Source: Styela clava
Taxonomy: Eukaryota
Direction: 5' to 3'
Length of the DNA: 64,000 nucleotides
NCBI RefSeq assembly: GCF_964204865.1
Contig: NC_135260.1
Location: 14,756,001 to 14,820,000, forward strand
In this document: positions 12,746-27,673 of the stretch, one piece after another
How the letters are laid out: the number at the start of each line of letters is the position of its first letter
How positions within the stretch are numbered: position 1 is the first letter of the stretch
Notes under the pieces: generated by a model
Told to the model about the DNA's origin: nothing
Seen by the model: the letters and a program-made list of their open reading frames with translations, nothing else
The model's database searches: none
Made by a program: the position numbers and the translations under genes

Positions 12746-12829
12746 TAGTGGTTCCCAAACTGTGAGTCGCGACCCCGAGCAACAGACAACTCAGTATCTG
12801 GGTCTCGAAAAAAAGTTTGAAAACCACTG
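12746..12829. mobile_element. Short hAT-type MITE
   Basis: TIRs TAGTGGTTCCCAAACT / AGTTTGAAAACCACTG. Confidence 0.7.
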
Positions 12830-15800
12830 CGTTAGAGATCACATAGTCTAACTTTTTCAGACGAAACGAGATATACCTGCAAATATAAATATCGCAAGAA
12901 TTGTCTGGTCAGGTTACTATAAAAAGTAAGAACAGAAGACAAGTATTGGATTGACGTACGTTAGCGTGTGTGTTAACCGCTACTTCCCCACTATAGCGCT
13001 GTATCACTATTTTCAAGTTTGGAAATTCGCAACGTTTCATTGGCGTGCAGTGTTTTGCTGAAGGAGAAAGAACCCTCATCAATAATATCGTGACTGCAGG
13101 ATTGTTTGTATACAAACAAATATTAGTGTTTTGAATTGATGATTTTGTAATAATATGACGATGCCATACATATATCAAGACTCTGAGTGAAGCCACAGTC
13201 ATAACTGAATGGCATGCGAGACAAGTGCGCTAGAGAGTCATGACTTTTACTACAGGAGATCGGCTTTTGTCTTTATGTTTAACATGTTATACACGTGCAT
13301 ATGATTGTGCTGCTATGTCCCAATTTTTGAAAGCATACTGCTGTGTTCGTAAAAAGTTGTTAATCACACGCTGATTAAATTATTTAATTGAAAGTATAAA
13401 ACGGTATATTGAAGGGGAGGTTCGGTGTACCGGTTATGACATAAGTTTGTATGAAAGTCGTTTATGATTACGAAAATTCCAATGCGATTCAATCAAAACT
13501 AAAATCCGCTTATTGTTGACTTAGCCTTTGAGTAAATAAGCCAATTTCACAATCGTTAATAATAAAGTCTTTGACTTTGTTCAGATGAAATGTTACAGAG
13601 TGTGCTGCTGTGATCACTTGAAATACTCAATCTTCAGCATTCTTGCACTATATGCAAATGCATCCACCGGGGAAAGAGCATAAAAGAAACAGTAGAATTG
13701 CAACCAATAGCACTAGTTTTTGTTGAAACATGAAAAACAGATTCCATGAATAAAAATTACATTCAAACTTAATGTTTTGTTTCATTGTAAACGTCCGGGC
13801 TCTTATCCTTTTTCACAGTCATAGATAACATTTGTCTACTTCATCTTAACATTGTCACCCACTTAGAGATAAAATAATTAAATAATCTATTGAAAAACGC
13901 TCAGTAGTCGTTAAATATTTACCCTGAATTTAATTTTGCTTAACACGTATAGTGGACCAAACATGTTTTGTACATCACATACTCGGTTTATTTGCGCTGC
14001 ATGTATGAGTCACCAAAAACGGTTTAATTCTATAGAAGTGTACGTTTAAAAAAAGGAAGATACATCACTTGCAAATTAGGAAAGTTAGGTGATTGATTGT
14101 GAAAATTAAGCTCCATAATCTTCTCCTACAAGGGTCGGCACTGAGTACTTAATCCGAACGACCTTTCTGGCGTTAGGTTTCCGCGTTGACATAAATAAGC
14201 TTAGCTTTTGTTTTGTCTGTGATTGTACCCAAGTTCCCAAAAAGTTGAAACTCCAGATATAATGAAATTGTTTGGTTAGTTTGAAATTGTTCATTTTCAT
14301 ATTCCGATATATACTATATTTCGAAAGTGGATATTTCTGATGAGTTTATTCAACATCAATCTGACTTAAGACATTAATATGAATTTCCAATAATTCCATG
14401 TTGTCATCAAAAATTACTTCATTCCATTGTGCCTGTTACTGATTCTAGCATGTTACTGTATTTCTTCAATTGCAGATTATTACTTATTATGATGTTTTGG
14501 GGCTTAAAACGATGTGTATTTCTAGTTCTAGTTCAATCGCCTTTATCTCTGTATAAACAATAACGTTTATCGATATAATACCCATAAATTACGTATACAA
14601 AAACCCAAAAGTAGAGATTATAAATGTAACTTGATAGGAAAAGTGTAAATTCGTGATACCACGAGAAAGGGCAATTCAAATTAAGATAGGACAAAAATTT
14701 TATCGCAGAAAAAGAAAATCCACCATTTTAAATAAAGTGTTCTAAGATAATTTTTGGGCTACAAAAATATCTAACAAAAACGGAATAAGTAAAATTACAA
14801 AGTAGTTTCATTGACTTTCATGGGATATATATAAGAAATTTGGTTGCAATTCTGGAATGTAACAATTATATTTGTTTGACGAAAAGGACTAACAGTATTT
14901 TGAACGATTTCCAAGTATTAATTGCCTTGAAATGGCTTCATTAGCAATTTTATGTACAGACAACAAACATCACAAAATACCAAAAACAAAACAGTTATAC
15001 TCAATTTATAACATATTAAAGTTAGGCCATAGGACCTCCATTAATCACTTGCTTCCAACCAAGTATGATATTGTTCTAAATATATTTTCTGCTTTGAAAC
15101 AACACAAACGTCATGGAAATAAAGTATAGCCTCCGGTGCAATTTTTAGCCTCGATAATTTGTCACGCCGGAGATCTATCAGGTGTCAGATCGGTACTTCA
15201 CTACACTATCGTTATATTGACGGCGAGAAAATTTGGCTTATCAAAAGAAAAATCTATAATGTAATATATCGTACACAATTGAGGAGAAGAATAATGAAAC
15301 TGGCGATAGAAATACATTTTAAATGTAATTGAATTTTCTGAAAAAAAAAAAACTAAAAATATCCTTTCGTTCGAATATGGGAATATACTTCATAAGTATC
15401 CAATCTTGATTCTGAAATGGATCTGGATGCAATTTCAAAGCGAATATAAAACATATTTATCACGCGGTCTGTCAAAGTTTATATGTTACTTTCAACTCAA
15501 TTTTTGAAAAAATAATTTCAAGATTTTCATAAGATTTGAACTAGTTTGATGTATATTTCAAATACATTTTCGATTTTGGGTTTTTACTTGTTTGGAAAAA
15601 AATGCTTTTCATTAGTGAATATGAAAATGTACAAACGACAGAATTGAAATAAAATAATTATTCAAAAAAAAATCGATATTCAATTACCATGCAAAATGGA
15701 TGTGATAAAGCTATTCTGCGTCTAAGAAACTTAAAAAGAACTTTACAAATTTCCAGAAAGAAGAACTATTAGTTTGTGTTTCGATGAAAACCGTACAGCA

Positions 15801-15878
15801 TAAGCGCTTGGAAAAGTTGCCATCTCGCAGCTTCTGTAGTCATTGCTATATTACACCTGTATTATAATACCTCGCCAG

Positions 15879-16058
15879 AAGTGGTGGGATTCAAATTTTT
15901 TGACAGCCGGTTCCTTCACAAAAGTCATATTTTTCAGCCGGTTCTGTTACAAACAGAACATTGACAGTAACCAGTAATGCTAACCGGTTCGCTGATCTCA
16001 TAAAATTTCCTGAGACGGTTCTATAGAACCGGTGCGAACCGGCTGAATCCCACCACTG
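15879..16058. mobile_element. hAT-type MITE downstream of the TWSG1 stop codon
   Basis: TIRs AGTGGTGGGATTCA / TGAATCCCACCACT with internal repeated (A/G)CCGGTTC motifs. Confidence 0.8.
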
Positions 16059-16335
16059 CCTGTCAGTTTCCAAAAGCTGAAAACAATGGGGTTATGCGTA
16101 GGTATAAATTGTATCAAATTTTATGACGGTCCGCTATACAATAATAGCAAGTAGATGTACATTTAAGGGGAGTGTAGTAGCAATGGAAGCACATGCTGGC
16201 AATTTTTTGCGACTTTTCTCCAATTGTATAACCGTTGAAAGGTTTGTAAGCGTATCCCAAATCGTTATATGATGCAAGTATATTTCATCAATTCTTGGCA
16301 CGGAAGCAGCAGTCGATACACCATTATACGAGTGA

Positions 16336-19300
16336 TCACGTCGTACAAGCTTTGCATTTCGGATAAGCGTTGCCAGAGTTGAGACATGACGGTCCAACGC
16401 ACTCGCAGCATCCATTGTGAAACCATCGAAAGGATGCTGCCCCCATTGAGTCACATGACATGTGACATTCTTCAAGAGAGATGCATTTGTCGAAATAACT
16501 GACAGTACATAACATTGGTTCGGTAAAATTTCCTCTCCCATGCAGTTCTTCTTGTACGTGTTCCCAATACTCTGTAGCTGACATCCCGCCTAATTGGAAG
16601 AGAAATCCTAGTCAGTTGTTGTACAGGTAAAATGTTCATCAAGTTTTCGACACACACGTTTTATGTCAATGACGTGTCATGTTTAGACCATTACTTAATT
16701 AACACAAAAATAGGCGAATGAATCCGATATGACAGTCAATTACTTTTTCATATTTTGTTATAGTCTATACACACAGTGCACTGAAAAAACTAGTCAAATT
16801 TGTCGGTATTTTGTAGTGAGTGTAGTGATTTTCCCATCAAGAACAAACAATATTTGTATTTTCAAACAGTTTACTCGGTCTCGACCAACGCTTAGCAAAT
16901 ATTGTCACACTGGTGTAAACACAAAACTCCAGTTAATAATTACTCTTTAACGATGAGTCCTTCGGAAATGAATTTAATTCTTACTAAAGATTATGTCCTT
17001 TATTGAACGTTTCACAGCTCATAGTGTCAAATTAACAAAATCAAATTGAGTTACCGAATATTACCTTGTTTATACAAACTTGAGCAATTTTCGGAAGACT
17101 ACTTTGTAACGCTCATTTCATTGACAAGTCGTTAGTATCTCTATTATACTTAATAAGCTGCGACATTTATTGTGCTATATATGGATGGAAAACTACAAAG
17201 TTATAGAACACGATTTGGTAGCTCCGGGAATCTAACTTAATCTGTCTGCCAGTCCACCAAGTATTTGAAATGGAAGACAACCCCATTACAATTGTGGTCT
17301 GGTATACTTGCTTTTGAATTTGAACGCAAACACATCGATGATTTATATTCTTAACCTATTTTGCCAATTATATAATAATATAGGTTCTTGAGGTTCCTCG
17401 TCGAATCATGGTATGAAAAAACTACAAAACCCCTAAAATTTCTTTTCATGTTGGTATGGAGCATAGTCAATTAGTCGGTATAAAAAATGTTTGCAATAAA
17501 GCCTGTCCTCTAATAGTTAAACCAGACATTTTTAGGTAGTGATACTTTTGAGCTGAATGTTAGAAATAAAATAGAACGCTGAATGTCGGAATGCTTACAT
17601 TAATTTCTCGTTTACTCAACTAGAAGCATGAAATGCGATTAAACGCTATATTCATAGTAAATATGGATAAGTATGAATTAAGTTATTTTCCTTAAAAGTG
17701 ATTTGTTTACGGTACTCTGGTAAACGACCTGTCTGAGGTTACAGATTGTTTGTGTATACACAAAACCAGATCCTATATCCGAGAGAAAAAGTCTTTAAGC
17801 CAGCTAAGTATACATATTATATACAAAAGGCAAAAGAATCAACAAAATTGTAACATTGCACAAATGCTAAAAAGGGCACTAATTTGTAAAGCCCACTTAG
17901 AATTTATTCGGCGCTCGTTTTGATGTTTATAATGCTACCAATGAAATATAAAATCATATTCCTTAAATGAACCAATTTAAAATAGGGTATCTCTAAATAA
18001 TATTATGCAGGGGTCCATTAATTCAGTAAATTAATTGCATACTTTATTTGTATATTGATGCCAACAGTTTCCAATGCAAAAAATAATAAAGTTGTAGTTA
18101 CAGTTTACTCCAGATACGCGAAATGTTGTGAATAAGTAGACAAAGCGGCAAGTATTTAATTATACATTTTCTGATTATACTTACTATATGTCCATCCTTT
18201 TCCTGAAACATGTTCAATGACAATCGGTGTATCATCGCTGTTTTTGTGGTGATGAAACGCCAGTTCTCCCATAACTGGAAATTTGACAATCTGGTATTTG
18301 AGTTGAGGGATCGGTTCATCCGTAAGAGCCCGGAATAATTCCGGATTTGGATCTGGTAATGTATTCAGTGTGCTCATCATGGTTGGCAGTAAAGCTGAAA
18401 CGTTCTTTTCACACATGCCTGAAAATAGAAAAATAATTCTCTAAAAAGGAATTCAAACGTTGAATTTTGTGCCAAAGTTTTAGTGCTTTTTATTTTATTA
18501 CAACTAGTATTAAACATTCCAGCCATAACCAGAAAAGCAGGTTCGGTTGATGCGCAAGAATTCGAGAATGGAAGTCATAACCCTACATTGTTCGGTTAAT
18601 TATTTTGGAACCCCCATAGAGAGTTAAAAACATAGTAAATTGAATAGTCGTAATTGTCTTGAAACGTTAAAATTTGCTACTTTGTCGAATGAAAACATAC
18701 TTAAACCCTTATGCCCGTTTCTGAGCTCGAATTATTCTCAAAAGTGTATTCAAGTTGACTAAATACGCGTAACACAATTCAATGACATGGGTATGGATTC
18801 AGACAAACAGACTTCATAATTTCGCCACCTTTGGCACCAGATTTATCGCGGTATTGGGCAATTTTCTACCGCAGGTTGATATTTCATAATCATCGAGACA
18901 ATATAATGGGCTGATTTGACGGAATGGTATTTTGTAAAACGCGAAAACGTTATTGAAATTCCTCACATCGAAAGTTCGAACAATAAAAAAAAATACGGTT
19001 GGTTAGCTTATTATGCCATCAAGAATCGGGCAAAAAAACGTATTTTGCAATCAACATGAGAAATGGCAATATTCAATGTTCATTCTAATTTTCTTCGGTA
19101 TTTCTTTTTAATTGACATACGGGATTATGAAAACGGAAAGGGTGTCAGAGTGATATATTGAACGTTTAAAATTTAAACATGATTTATGTATTTATGTACA
19201 ATTAATAGCGTTCTGGTATGTTTCGACTTGGTTTAATTAAACTTGGCCTTCTTAACTCAACCCAGTGTGTCCCCATATGAGAAGAGAGGTAGAATTTCAA

Positions 19301-22300
19301 CTTGCATCCGTGAGGAGTTAACTTCGCCTAAAATAACCATGTTTGTTGCTTCTTTTGTTCTATTAAATATCTTTGAAAAGTTATTGTAAGTTATTGTATA
19401 TTAATTCTTAACTTAACAATTTTACCGATCGCGACCATATAAAATGCGTTCATGTTATTATTGAAAGTTCTTAGATTACAGTAACAGCTACTTTCTAGAG
19501 CAATTACTATAAAAACAATAAACTTTCACAATGTTTTATAGCAGTAGTGAGTGATGCAAGAGTAATGAGAAGAGAAATCTGTATAAATATCAACCGACTT
19601 ACGACAAACAGTGGAAATGTTGATTTCCGAATCATTCCATTTATTTTCAAAACAATTTACGGTACACTAAGTAAGAAAATGGTGGAATGCTACATTTGTG
19701 TTATACTCGATCAAGCAAGCGCGAATAAAGGACCAATTTGAAAATTCAAATTTGTTGACTTCATGCATGGCTCAGTTAGTCAAAGAGTATTTTGGTCTGT
19801 ACTGCTCAAGACAACATTTTATATCTTGGATAGACGACAACAAAAGTTAAAGGTTGTTGCTGGGTGGATATTGTTTATCTGCCCACGATTGGCCTACTAT
19901 TCATCCTTCTGAGCAACTGTTCCTATATTTCTCCGAGCAACTTTAGTAGTTAATCCCGTGAAATTGAAGCAAACTGAGTTTGCTGAAAGTATTTGAATTT
20001 CCTCCCGATTCGGACCAATTACCAGATCGGGTTACAACTTTCCACAGTCAAAAAGTGGCAAACGGTGGCAAATTTTTTTACGTGCTTATTTGTTTAGGCA
20101 CAAATTACATTTTTGTCGATAAGGTGTGATGATAAAACGCATAACAAGGTATCTGAGAATAGGCGCATTAGTCAGCAATGGGACCGCTTGTCAAAATGAA
20201 GTTCATCCAAAAATAACGCGGGAAGAAGCAATTGGGAAGGGGTCACAAATCTACCTGTAATATAGGCTGCAAGGTATCATTGTATATATATTTCTGCTAG
20301 CAACGAATGAAATGCCAAAACAATCAACAGTAATCGTTGTTATAGTATACTTCGACCTCGCAATCTAATATGACCAACCTAGTTTACTTGTTCAGCCGGC
20401 TCATCTGTTTCTGATCTGGTTTGATACCGGTTTACCAAACCACATATTTTCTAAAACTTCAAAGGCTAATTTATATTTTCTGTCCCACCAGAATTTGACG
20501 AAATATGTATCAGCCACAGAAAATCATGCCAAATATACATCAATCATTCTTTCATTCTCATAATTATTGTTTAATTATTATTAGTTTTAAAATAATGCTC
20601 TTCAAAATTTTGATGCACTAAATAGGGTTATTGCTTATACACGCTTTGAAGTCAAAGTACACATAACATTTTCGAAGAGTACCGGTAATGAATTTTGTTT
20701 TATTTCGAGGATAAGATTTTGAATATTCGTTCAAGGCTGATTCAAAGGCGTTGTTTTGTCATACCCATGTTAAACAATTGCCTCTCTCTATTATGGGTAT
20801 ATGAGCGTGTCAAAATAAACAAGTTTGTTTACATTGTGCCTAGTCTAAAGTGGAAGTGTAATACAACAAGAATCCTTAATTTAACGTGCATTCGCTATGC
20901 AAGTTATGGTATAATGGCTGTGGATATCGTTCTATAACCATAAAATGAGGGACTATTCACAACAACGTGTTAATTTGAAAATTGCATTATTTTCAGCAAA
21001 GTCATCATTATGACAAAATCATGCCTTGGTACATATACGCAAAAAGCTAACAGATTATGATATCTTTTTGATTTTTTATTTGATTTTTTTTTTTCAATTT
21101 TTCAATCATTATCAAAAAATCAAATATGAGTTCTAATCAGGGAAGGGCGGAAGGGTTGGTGTGGTGTCATCCTGGTATATTGAAGCTATATTATTCGAAT
21201 TCATAACTCAATTGTTTTTGTCTCGCACGAAAGCAGTGCTTTCTAATTAGTTTTTTTTTTCACATGAATATATATAATTTTTTTCAACAAGTTAGGCAGG
21301 CTACAGGAGAAATTTCACGCTACTTCAAGACTACGTCAAATTATATTTTGATTTACGCGTTCCTTTGTTTCATCCAGTTGCTGTCAAAACATAAGTTTGA
21401 CAAAGTGTTATCGATGTTCTTATTATTTTCTTCCGGGGTTTTATCTTCCTAACAATTTAGCCCACTCGAAATCCTGCCGAAAGCTTGAGAAAATAACCCC
21501 CACGTCACCCGTTATTGAAGTGCCATCCCATACAAGTACCCTGTACAAAATCGATGTGAAAACATCATAGTTTAGTAAATATAGGATTTATCATGTTGAA
21601 TAACAACCATTGTTTCAAATGGTTCATCAGTGCGATGTGCCAACGATCCATATTAGACTGCGAAAACTACAAACATTACTCCATCAGCATTGTCGTACGT
21701 GAATCGCAGATCGGTCAAATGTATAATCCAAAATGATATTTCTAGAATTTTAATATTTTTGCTCAATTTAAAAGTGAAATTATTTATGCGTGACAACGTC
21801 CTAGCGATATTGAGAATCCTAAGCTTAAAAGTTGTAATATATCGTATTCCAGAACCGGTAGTTCATTCAACTCTCCAACAACTTAGGTTAATTTGAAAAA
21901 AAATGAGTGATGGGAAAAACAACGAACTTAAGAGCTGATGGGTGAACAAATTCTGTGCGAGGATTTTGTTGCTTTTGTGGGGATTAACGGGCGCACACTT
22001 TTGTGTACATCGATGGCTATCACCCCAATGGTGAATGATATACGAGGCATGCGAACATCTTGAAAACATGAATCAGGTATCATAAGACAAACAGATTTTA
22101 ATTTGAGCGCTTCATAAGCAGAACGAGTCCATACGAACAGACGGATAACAACGCCATTATGTCGGGTCAATTCCTTGCATTCCAAAAAAAAGAACATTTA
22201 TAATCAAATGTGAATAGTCAATATTGCGAACGACTTCAGCGTGAACTGAAAGTACTTTCTCATTACCAAGTCGCAAATAATGTCATCATGTTGGTGCTTT

Positions 22301-24564
22301 TCCCGTTTGTCGTGTGATGAATAAATTAAATAATACAAAACCAGTACAGGGTTGATAAATTGTTAAATATAGTGGCGGATAATTACATCTAGAAAACGAA
22401 ATTAAACGGCAAAGTCCTAACATTTAAAAATACAGCTAATGAGGTGGAAATCACCACAGAGATACGGTCGGATCCGAGCAAAATCATCGAAATATCGACT
22501 GAATTTCGATTCTCGAACCAATATTATAAATACAACGATTCGATGGCGAGCAATAGTTAGTACGATCTGGATTGTCTGAACATAAAATTGTAAATCGCCT
22601 AACCGCGCCGCCGGGCTGTCATCGTTAAGTTGAGATATAGCAGAAAGGCAAACAAACTGCGTAGGCGATCCTTAAAGTTTGTATTGTGTAAATATGACAA
22701 ATGATTTGACAAAGAGTGTAAATGAGAATGCATTAACTTAGGTTCATAAGTCCGACCCGCTAACTGATATATCCTAAAACAAGAAAGGGCATAAACCAGC
22801 ATAAACTTGAAAGGTTTTTTATGTCAAATCATTTTCCAGATGTTTTCTCACCAAAATTAAGCGTACTATGCTTTTAGAACACATTCTAAAAGATTGTATT
22901 TTTAAAAACAAATTGAAGTTGAAGCATAAGCTTACTTTATGTCAACAACCCAAAATATTTTTTTCTTTAATTGAGAGAAAAAAAACTAATTATTTCTTTT
23001 AAAAATTCATCAACTGGTTGCTTTAATGACCTGTCCACTTTACATTCTTGCTAATGGCCGTCTGATTATTTAGTGTGCTAAGTATGAAAAAGCTGCAAGT
23101 TCTGATAAATGACCATTCACTTAAAAAAGACAACTTGCGGCTTGACCACCCGGTTTATGAAACTCAACTCCGCAACGGTCGATCGGATTTCCTGTAGGGG
23201 TACTAAATAGAAAGGGGTCGCATGCTCAAGGCTCAACAAGAATAATTTGCGGCTTTAGGTAGAGTAACCGATGCCAACCGAGATAATGCACCTGCGCAAG
23301 TGAGCAGTCGTTACAAAGCCGGGATAGTATTGATAATACCAAACATTCCCCGCACCAAAATATTAAATCCAATAATGACTACTTAGTAGAGTTAATTGAT
23401 GGCTAAATGCACACTGTATGTAGTATGTAACAACTGACGGGATAAAAGCTATGATTAACCTTGATCCCACCATTGAAACGAGTAAAGTGACAAATTCTTC
23501 TACATTTACTCATAAATAACAAAGCCAAACGTCTACTTCTATGGATGATGGATATTTTCGATGTTTCATTTCGCCAAATAAGCATTTTTTTCAGATATGG
23601 AATATAATGAAAAAGCATTTAACATTCAAATTGTTATTTATTAAAATGATCAATGTAATGATAGGATTCTGATTATGACGAAATGTTGTAACAAAATTTT
23701 ACACATCCCATACCCTAACTACCCTCCTGCACCGGTTTCAAAATTAATTTAAAAGTAGGGTTCTAAAAGTCGAATAAATCAGCATGAAAAGGTACAAATC
23801 TGTGAACATGCACACCACTCCCTTCACGCATTTCGCGGCTTAAAAAGGCTTCCGCCGAGATTAGCCTTGAAGTAAATATCACGATCTTGCGGTATCGACT
23901 AGTGACCCGTACACAACAATTTGAGATATTAAACATCATTTCTTAAATTTTGGTATCCCAACAAACAATGAATTTTTAAGATCATAATTAACCCGTGAAA
24001 ATATGTAAATGACTATTATAATTCACATTTGACATGCTGAGAAATATTCGGTTCGAAATTGAACTTCCCAATGTGGGACAACATGCTGGTATTGGCATGA
24101 TTGGATAAAAATTCATGTTGATATAGATAGGATGCTGATAAGCCCAAATGTACATCTATAAATTTTCAAAATACGCATTGAGTACATATTTTGTTTTTCG
24201 TCATCCGTTTCGCTTCAATTTTTAGTCCTTTGGCGTATCCCTGTTAAACTAAGACAATTTACTTATCGACTGTATAAAATTATTGCTTACCTACGCAATC
24301 ACAACAATGTTCGTAGAACTTTCCCATACATATCGCACATTCCCGGCAACAAGAACAATTTACTTTTGGATTGCAATAACATTTATCTTGCAGAGTACAA
24401 TAGCTTACTACAGAGACACAAAATTTTTTGTTGCAAGTTCGATGAGCGTGTTCAAAGTGTCTTGTTCTCGATCGATCAATTTCTTCTGAAGATGCTTGTA
24501 TTCCAACGAAATATGTCATCAAAATAACAACAGTACAAATATATCCCACGGAGATTGGTCGCAT
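16336..24564 (-). CDS. TWSG1: Twisted gastrulation BMP modulator, 253 aa
   Basis: Exons 24564-24291 (signal peptide; CNKKFCVSVVSYCTLQDKCYC...CSCCRECAICMG..CCDCVG), 18418-18185 (LPDPNPELFRALT), 16589-16336 (CTVSYFDKCISLEECHMSCDSMGAASFRWFHNGCCECVG); two phase-1 introns; Tsg cysteine pattern. Confidence 0.95.
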
Positions 24565-27500
24565 GATGTTTGATGATCAAGTTACTCCGATAAAATGTTG
24601 ATTCTCTTAATATTAGAATAGCTATATTCCAGGTTCAGAGAGTTAGCCAAAAAGCTACTCTACGCACGGCATACACACGCGAATCAGTCGGCTGAAAGCG
24701 GGCATCGAGCGTAAATATTGCAAGTGAGAGTTACGTCACTCGACGAAAGCGCGGTTAATCTAAGTCGAAGTACGACGTGAATTATATTATTCCCTCAATT
24801 CAAAAAGATCGTTGGCTGAGACCTAATCATCACTTTAGTATAGGAAAACAAAATACCCAGTTTCCAACTGCGCGGAAACTACATTGTCACACCTCCGAAT
24901 CATGACTTTATGGGGCTATCCATTTTTGGCTTATGCTTAATACATCGTTTAATAATTTGAGATACTAGTACATGAATGTCATGTGTCAATCGACATAACA
25001 CCATGGGCGTCTTTGACATAAAACAGCACCGCAACGCGTCTGGCGACTTTTGTCAATATTACAACCAGCACATATTAATCTGGCGGAAAGACGCCGCGAA
25101 AGGCGCGTTTCAGCCGTTTTACAAGTTAATAGTTCAAAGTTTCTAGTTAGTTTTTTAAGCTAAAGACCAACAAAGTGGAGTAAAACAACATAATACAAAA
25201 AGGAAAATTTTCTCCCGTCAAAAAACCTCAAACAATGTACGTGACAAATTCCTAATCTTCGTGCTCACTTCATTATCTTCATAATATCAACACTATGCGT
25301 GTCGGTTGTGATAATGGCGATTAAATCATCGGTATTGAGAAAGATTACAAGATGGAAGACATAGGCCACAAAACTCGGCATTAACGATTCACTTCACCAA
25401 TGTCTCTGTAGGGATTAAAAACTCCAGTCCAGAATGAACAATGAGAAAAGTTGATAAAAAGTTCAGAATATAACGGAATATAAATTAGGATTTCAAAACA
25501 AGCGAAATCCCTAAACGGCTGGTCCGTGAGTAGCCATAGTGTGCATAAAATGGTAGTCAGTATAAAAAGTATCGGGGTTGATATGAAAAATTATCCCAAC
25601 CGATAAAAGCAAACAACTAAATATTTGTTTTGCTTGAACATTCGTAAGAGATGATTCACAAATCGTGTGTGAGTAAATTAAAGTACCTATTCAAAATATG
25701 TATCTGAGGAAATCACCGCTGATTAATAAAGTGTGGAGATTTCGGCAAAAAAGCGATAATATACAAAAAAAAAATTAAAAAAAATTGTGTCGTATACTGC
25801 CCCTATCGACGACTCATTTCTACTCGACTACCCCCTTTGTTGAAACAGTGACGGGCTCTTGATGTAGTAAGAGATACTCAAGACAGACACGAACACTTAT
25901 CTCGGATACAGAAAACTTCACACGCCATAATTCACACACTTCCCATACGATAAAACTATAATAAGAATTCATCTCATTCACAAAATCACCGATTTGATTT
26001 GAAAGTTCATAGTCAAATATCGTAATTTTCGTGTGCTACAGACTTTCATCAGCACAAAATGACAATGCCACCCTGACAAGTAGGTCTGAACGTGCTACAA
26101 AATTTTCGACTAGTGACTCCCATCCTTTTTATTCCATGACGTAGCTACACCAACAAACCTAGTGGGTGTAAGTAGTTCTTGAAATCTGAAAAGAACCAAA
26201 TAGAATAACCACTATAGCACTATGTATCATGTCTTAGAATTACTGTCCAAAGTGGACGAAATATTAGTAAACAATTGAAAATGAAAAAGTGCTTGGTTTA
26301 ATAACTATGTTCGAGCAATTAATAAGTCATTTTATAATATTTTTAGCTCGATAATATACGCTAAAGTAGTTGATGGTTTCGAGTTACCATGAAGATAGAA
26401 TCAAATGTTGCATGTTTAGAATCATTGACTGAAATGTGAGATGATTCACAAATGGTTACATTTTGTACACATATCAATACAAAAAAGTATATATATCACG
26501 TATTTTTGTGTGATAAATAATTCAATTCTGGGGAAAATCGTGTCATTCTATCGTTTAATCGACACATTTTAAAATAATCTTCGTAGAATTTTAAATGTAA
26601 AGCCGCGATTACACTAAAATATCTTCACTCGTTTCCCACCTAGCGGTAGCTGATTTGTATACAAAAGTGGTCAATATTAAAATCTGACTCGTTTTCGTCA
26701 GAATGCTTCGTTGAAGCTCAGATCGACCAAATGACAACATACGCATTTTGACGGTATCAACAAAACGCAGTTTACAAATTTTATAGCAGGACGAACTTTC
26801 GTCGCCGAATGGATAACATCGATAAAGACGGCACAAGACGAACGTTCAGATTCAGATTCAGATTTTATTTTCGTCATGCAAAACCAATATACGATATGAA
26901 AAAATAAAAAAAGACATATAACAAATTACGAAGACAGATATCGGCTTGTTGCAATAGACGAGGGATCGCGAAAGACTCAAAGAGTCATCCAGTCAGCGAC
27001 ACCTTGTAGCTGCATTGAAGCAGCAAATATAGCAACCGAACAACTCAATATTAAATAGTCACTAAATTCGACACAATCATATATATAAAAGGGACAACAA
27101 AAAGAATGCCACAATGACCACGAAAAGTTACCTAAACATTCACTTAATTAGCCTCAATCACAAAAAGGAACAACAAAGTTTGAAAAATAAAATACAGGAT
27201 GTCATAATAACTATGGAGTATTAGATATTTACCTAATTAAACTCGATCATACAGAGTAAGAACAAAATAAAATCGAAATAAACACCGAGATACTACAATG
27301 ATCACATCGTATTATATGACTTAACAGCGACATCTGTGAGAAGGATATGCCTCAATGACAACAAAGAATTGCGAAATAATGCTGACTAAGCATACATAGT
27401 AAACCAATATGGCGTGCCCAGCAACGGGCTTCTGGCTGCGAGAATCAATACCGTATTTAACGGATTTTTATGTTGAAAGCGATTGTTAGTGGCTATTAGA

Positions 27501-27673
27501 GTAGTGCAGAATAATTATGGGTTCTACAGTATTCGTGGCATATAGGTTGGGCGGAAAATATTAAAACAAGAACAGTACACAGCGAGCACACAACTTGACG
27601 AACATGGATGGGAAAAGCAGCACCACAGGGATAGGTACGGTACATACCGGTATACAAATATAATATTTCTAGA

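Noticed and set aside
16134-16541. 135-aa ORF overlapping TWSG1 exon 3 in another frame
   Set aside because: Shadow frame of a GC-richer coding exon running into the 3' UTR; no recognisable motifs
16948-16975. Second hammerhead-like motif (GATGAGTCCTTCGGAAA); also CTGATGAG at ~42086
   Set aside because: Incomplete cores: the first lacks CUGA, the second lacks stem II and GAAA
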